The position numbers were made by a program, and so were the translations under genes. The notes under the pieces are model-generated. The model was not told the DNA's origin, did no database searches, and worked only from the letters and a program-made list of their open reading frames with translations. This document shows, piece by piece, positions 29,881 through 32,000 of a DNA stretch of 32,000 nucleotides. The stretch is taken from positions 90,001 to 122,000 of the forward strand of contig NBVN01000003.1 in assembly GCA_003056265.1 (NCBI GenBank), in the 5' to 3' direction. The stretch comes from Zestosphaera tikiterensis (GTDB taxonomy: Archaea; Thermoproteota; Thermoprotei_A; Sulfolobales; NBVN01). Position 1 is the first letter of the stretch. Every line of letters begins with the position of its first letter.

Positions 29881-32000
29881 TGTATATGAGTTCAGTCCCG
29901 GAATACATTAAAATAGTTGAAGAAGTATTCGATAAGTTTAAGGGGAGGGAATTCCTATATATAGGTAAAGATGTGAGGAGATGGGACGCTGTTGAGAAGA
30001 TTAAAGGTAAGTCCCTCTACACTGCGGACTTCCTTAAGTTCTACAAGAACGCGGTTTTCGTTCATAGCGTTAGGACTAAATACGCTCATGCTTTAATAAA
30101 GAGTATTGACGTTAGCGAAGCATCTAAATACCCAGGAGTTCTTAAAGTCATTACAGCTAAAGACATACCGGGCATAAACGACGTTGGGTATGTAATACCT
30201 GATCAACCACTTATAGCTGATAGGAAGGTAAGGTATATAGGAGATATAGTAGCTCTCATAGTTGCCGAGGATCAGATGATAGCTAGGGAAGCTGAGAGCT
30301 TAATCCATGTAGAGTATGAACCATTAGAAGTGATTACAGACCCGCTGCAGGTAGTTGACCTCATGACGCTTAAGGAGAAACCGCATACGTTAATCCATGA
30401 CGAGAGAGGTAGCGACGTGTTAGTACATTACAAAGTGAGGAGAGGGGATATGGAGAAGGCGTTAAGGGAAGCGGACGTTAAAGTTGAAGGGGTTTATAAA
30501 ACGCCTTTCCAGGAACACGCCTATCTAGAGCCTGAAGCCGCTATAGCCATTCCGGAAGCTGAAGGCGGAGTGACCGTGATTTCATCTACGCAATGTCCTT
30601 TCGACGTTAGGAAAGCTGTAGCTAAGGTTTTAGGAGTTCCTCTAAATAGAGTTAGGATAGTGGTTCCGGCCGTTGGCGGTGGTTTCGGAGGTAAGGAGGA
30701 CGTAGCTAATGAGGTAGCGGCTAAAGCTGCCTTAGCTGCTGTATTAACTGGAAGGCCGGCCGTATCAATCCACACTAGGGAGGAGTCGATCATAGGCCAT
30801 AGTAAAAGACATCCCATGATTGCTTGGTATAGACACGCAGCTAAGAAAGACGGTACTTTACTGGCTGTTGAAGCTAATATAGTTATGGATACCGGTTCCT
30901 ACGCTTCCTTAGGGCCTTTCGTGCCGTGGAGAGCTACCGTCCACGCTACAGGTCCTTATAAGGTGGGGGCCGCTAGAATCGACACTAAAGCTGTTTACAC
31001 GAATAACGTATACGCTGGAGCGTTTAGAGGTTTTGGAAACCCGCAGGTGATATTCGCTGTTGAAAGGCAGATGGACCTACTGGCTGAGGAGTTAGGTATG
31101 GATCCTGTAGAGCTTAGGTTAAAGAACATACTTCGCGTAGGTGATGAAACAGTACATGGTCAGAAACTTACTGAGGAACATGGCGTCGGGCTTGAGGAAG
31201 CCTTACTTAAAGCTGTTGAGGCCTCTAACTGGAGTAGTAAGAGGATGGAGTATAGGAAGGCCGTAGGTCCTTTAAGGAAGGGTATAGGGGTTGCCATCTT
31301 CTACCACGGAAACTCCATAGGCGTTGAGGGCGCTGACTACTCATCCGTTACGTTAATAATAAATAGGGATGGCTCGATATCCTTCAGAACAGGTCTTACG
31401 GAATTCGGTCAGGGATCGACTTGGGGTCTTGTGTTAATAGCTGCGGAGATATTGGGTGTCCCGCCCTCATACTTTAAGGTTGAGAACCCAGATACTTCAG
31501 CAACTCCCGACGCAGGACCTACGGTAGCTTCAAGAGCGACTGTTATGGGAGGGGCTGCTACGGTTATAGCTGCTCATAAGCTTAGGAAGAGGCTCAATGA
31601 AGTAGCCTCACATATATTGGGTTGCGATCCTGAGGATATCGTTATTAAAGCACCTGAAGTTTACTGCGGTTCAGACCCTAACCGCAGGACTGTTTGGCAG
31701 GATGTTGTAGAGCAAAGCTTCTGGTTAGGTATACCTCTTCAAGAGTTCGGCTACTACAGAGCACCTAGGGCTGTCTGGGATGAGGAGACGGGTCAGGGAG
31801 CGCCTTACATAACCTACACATTCGGTGCTATAGTAGCTGAAGTCACCGTAGATATGGAAACAGGCTTAACTAAGGTGGATAGAATCTACACAGCTTACGA
31901 CATAGGTAGGGTAATTAACAAGGTAGGTGCTGAGCTTAACGCTGAAGGGGGTGCCATACAGGCCTTAGGCTATGGACTTATGGAGGAGTTAATACATGAT
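29880..32000 (+). CDS. Molybdenum hydroxylase large (molybdopterin-binding) subunit, xanthine dehydrogenase/aldehyde oxidoreductase family (partial, continues past the window end)
   Basis: My own translation; the ORF is missing from the track because it has no stop in the window. It reads MYMSSVPEYIKIVEE...GKDVRRWDAVEKIKGKSLYTADF...FQEHAYLEPEAAIA...VGGGFGGKED...YTNNVYAGAFRGFGNPQ...TEFGQGS...TYTFGAIVAEVTVDMETG...; the frame is open for all 707 codons to position 32000. The ATG overlaps the stop of the small subunit by 1 nt. Confidence 0.9.
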   Translation, partial: MYMSSVPEYIKIVEEVFDKFKGREFLYIGKDVRRWDAVEKIKGKSLYTADFLKFYKNAVFVHSVRTKYAHALIKSIDVSEASKYPGVLKVITAKDIPGINDVGYVIPDQPLIADRKVRYIGDIVALIVAEDQMIAREAESLIHVEYEPLEVITDPLQVVDLMTLKEKPHTLIHDERGSDVLVHYKVRRGDMEKALREADVKVEGVYKTPFQEHAYLEPEAAIAIPEAEGGVTVISSTQCPFDVRKAVAKVLGVPLNRVRIVVPAVGGGFGGKEDVANEVAAKAALAAVLTGRPAVSIHTREESIIGHSKRHPMIAWYRHAAKKDGTLLAVEANIVMDTGSYASLGPFVPWRATVHATGPYKVGAARIDTKAVYTNNVYAGAFRGFGNPQVIFAVERQMDLLAEELGMDPVELRLKNILRVGDETVHGQKLTEEHGVGLEEALLKAVEASNWSSKRMEYRKAVGPLRKGIGVAIFYHGNSIGVEGADYSSVTLIINRDGSISFRTGLTEFGQGSTWGLVLIAAEILGVPPSYFKVENPDTSATPDAGPTVASRATVMGGAATVIAAHKLRKRLNEVASHILGCDPEDIVIKAPEVYCGSDPNRRTVWQDVVEQSFWLGIPLQEFGYYRAPRAVWDEETGQGAPYITYTFGAIVAEVTVDMETGLTKVDRIYTAYDIGRVINKVGAELNAEGGAIQALGYGLMEELIHD

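Noticed and set aside
29880-32000. Carbon monoxide dehydrogenase large subunit (CoxL) call
   Set aside because: The active-site loop reads AGAFRGFGNPQ, not the Cys-containing AYxCSFR of true CODH. It is therefore called a generic xanthine dehydrogenase/aldehyde oxidoreductase family subunit.
1-32000. CRISPR arrays, IS elements or transposases, rRNA genes, toxin-antitoxin or defence islands
   Set aside because: Reading both strands, I found no regularly spaced direct repeats, no terminal inverted repeats flanking a transposase-like ORF, and no recognisable defence-gene motifs.

Overview
The window is a chromosomal segment of a moderately AT-rich archaeon. Gene content points to a hyperthermophilic crenarchaeote (Thermoproteota): archaeal-type SAM synthetase, Rio2 kinase, Sm proteins, NucS, a FlaI-like ATPase, class-III-signal pilins, a C/D box sRNA, and a GC-rich tRNA set in AT-rich spacers. 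Genes are tightly packed, with many 1-14 nt overlaps. GGAGGTG-like Shine-Dalgarno motifs sit in front of operon-internal genes, and TATA-like boxes sit about 25-35 nt upstream of first genes.

Content from left to right:
- leuS 5' part (minus strand, runs off the window edge).
- NhaC-type antiporter.
- COG2403-like P-loop protein.
- M24 Xaa-Pro peptidase.
- Dihydrolipoamide dehydrogenase-like flavoprotein.
- Minus-strand operon nucS-tatD-Gfo/Idh/MocA oxidoreductase.
- CDF transporter and a Roadblock/LC7 protein.
- Four-subunit 2-oxoacid:ferredoxin oxidoreductase in delta-alpha-beta-gamma order. The delta (ferredoxin) ORF has no usable start codon in its frame.
- An AT-rich spacer island with a zinc-ribbon orphan and a ferritin-like protein.
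- tRNA-Arg(TCT).
- A compact type IV pilus-like locus: two pilins, an ATPase, and a platform protein split into two genes.
- Two orphan helical proteins.
- A TtuA/NcsA-like PP-loop protein with a destroyed PP-loop.
- SAM synthetase.
- A C/D box sRNA that is absent from the ORF track.
- An RNA-metabolism neighbourhood: Rio2, a DUF460-like double RNase-H-fold protein with a coiled coil, an ASCH protein, a canonical Sm protein, and a tandem Hfq/Sm-like protein.
- A molybdenum hydroxylase cluster: mocA-like, xdhC, then FAD, 2Fe-2S and Mo subunits. The Mo subunit runs off the right edge.

I saw no CRISPR array, transposase, integrase or rRNA.

The best candidates for something under-described are:
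- the tandem Hfq-like protein and the RNA-processing neighbourhood around it;
- the Tad/Epd-like split-platform pilus locus;
- the inactivated PP-loop paralog;
- the startless or frameshifted korD.

All family assignments come from motif recognition by eye. No database search was run.
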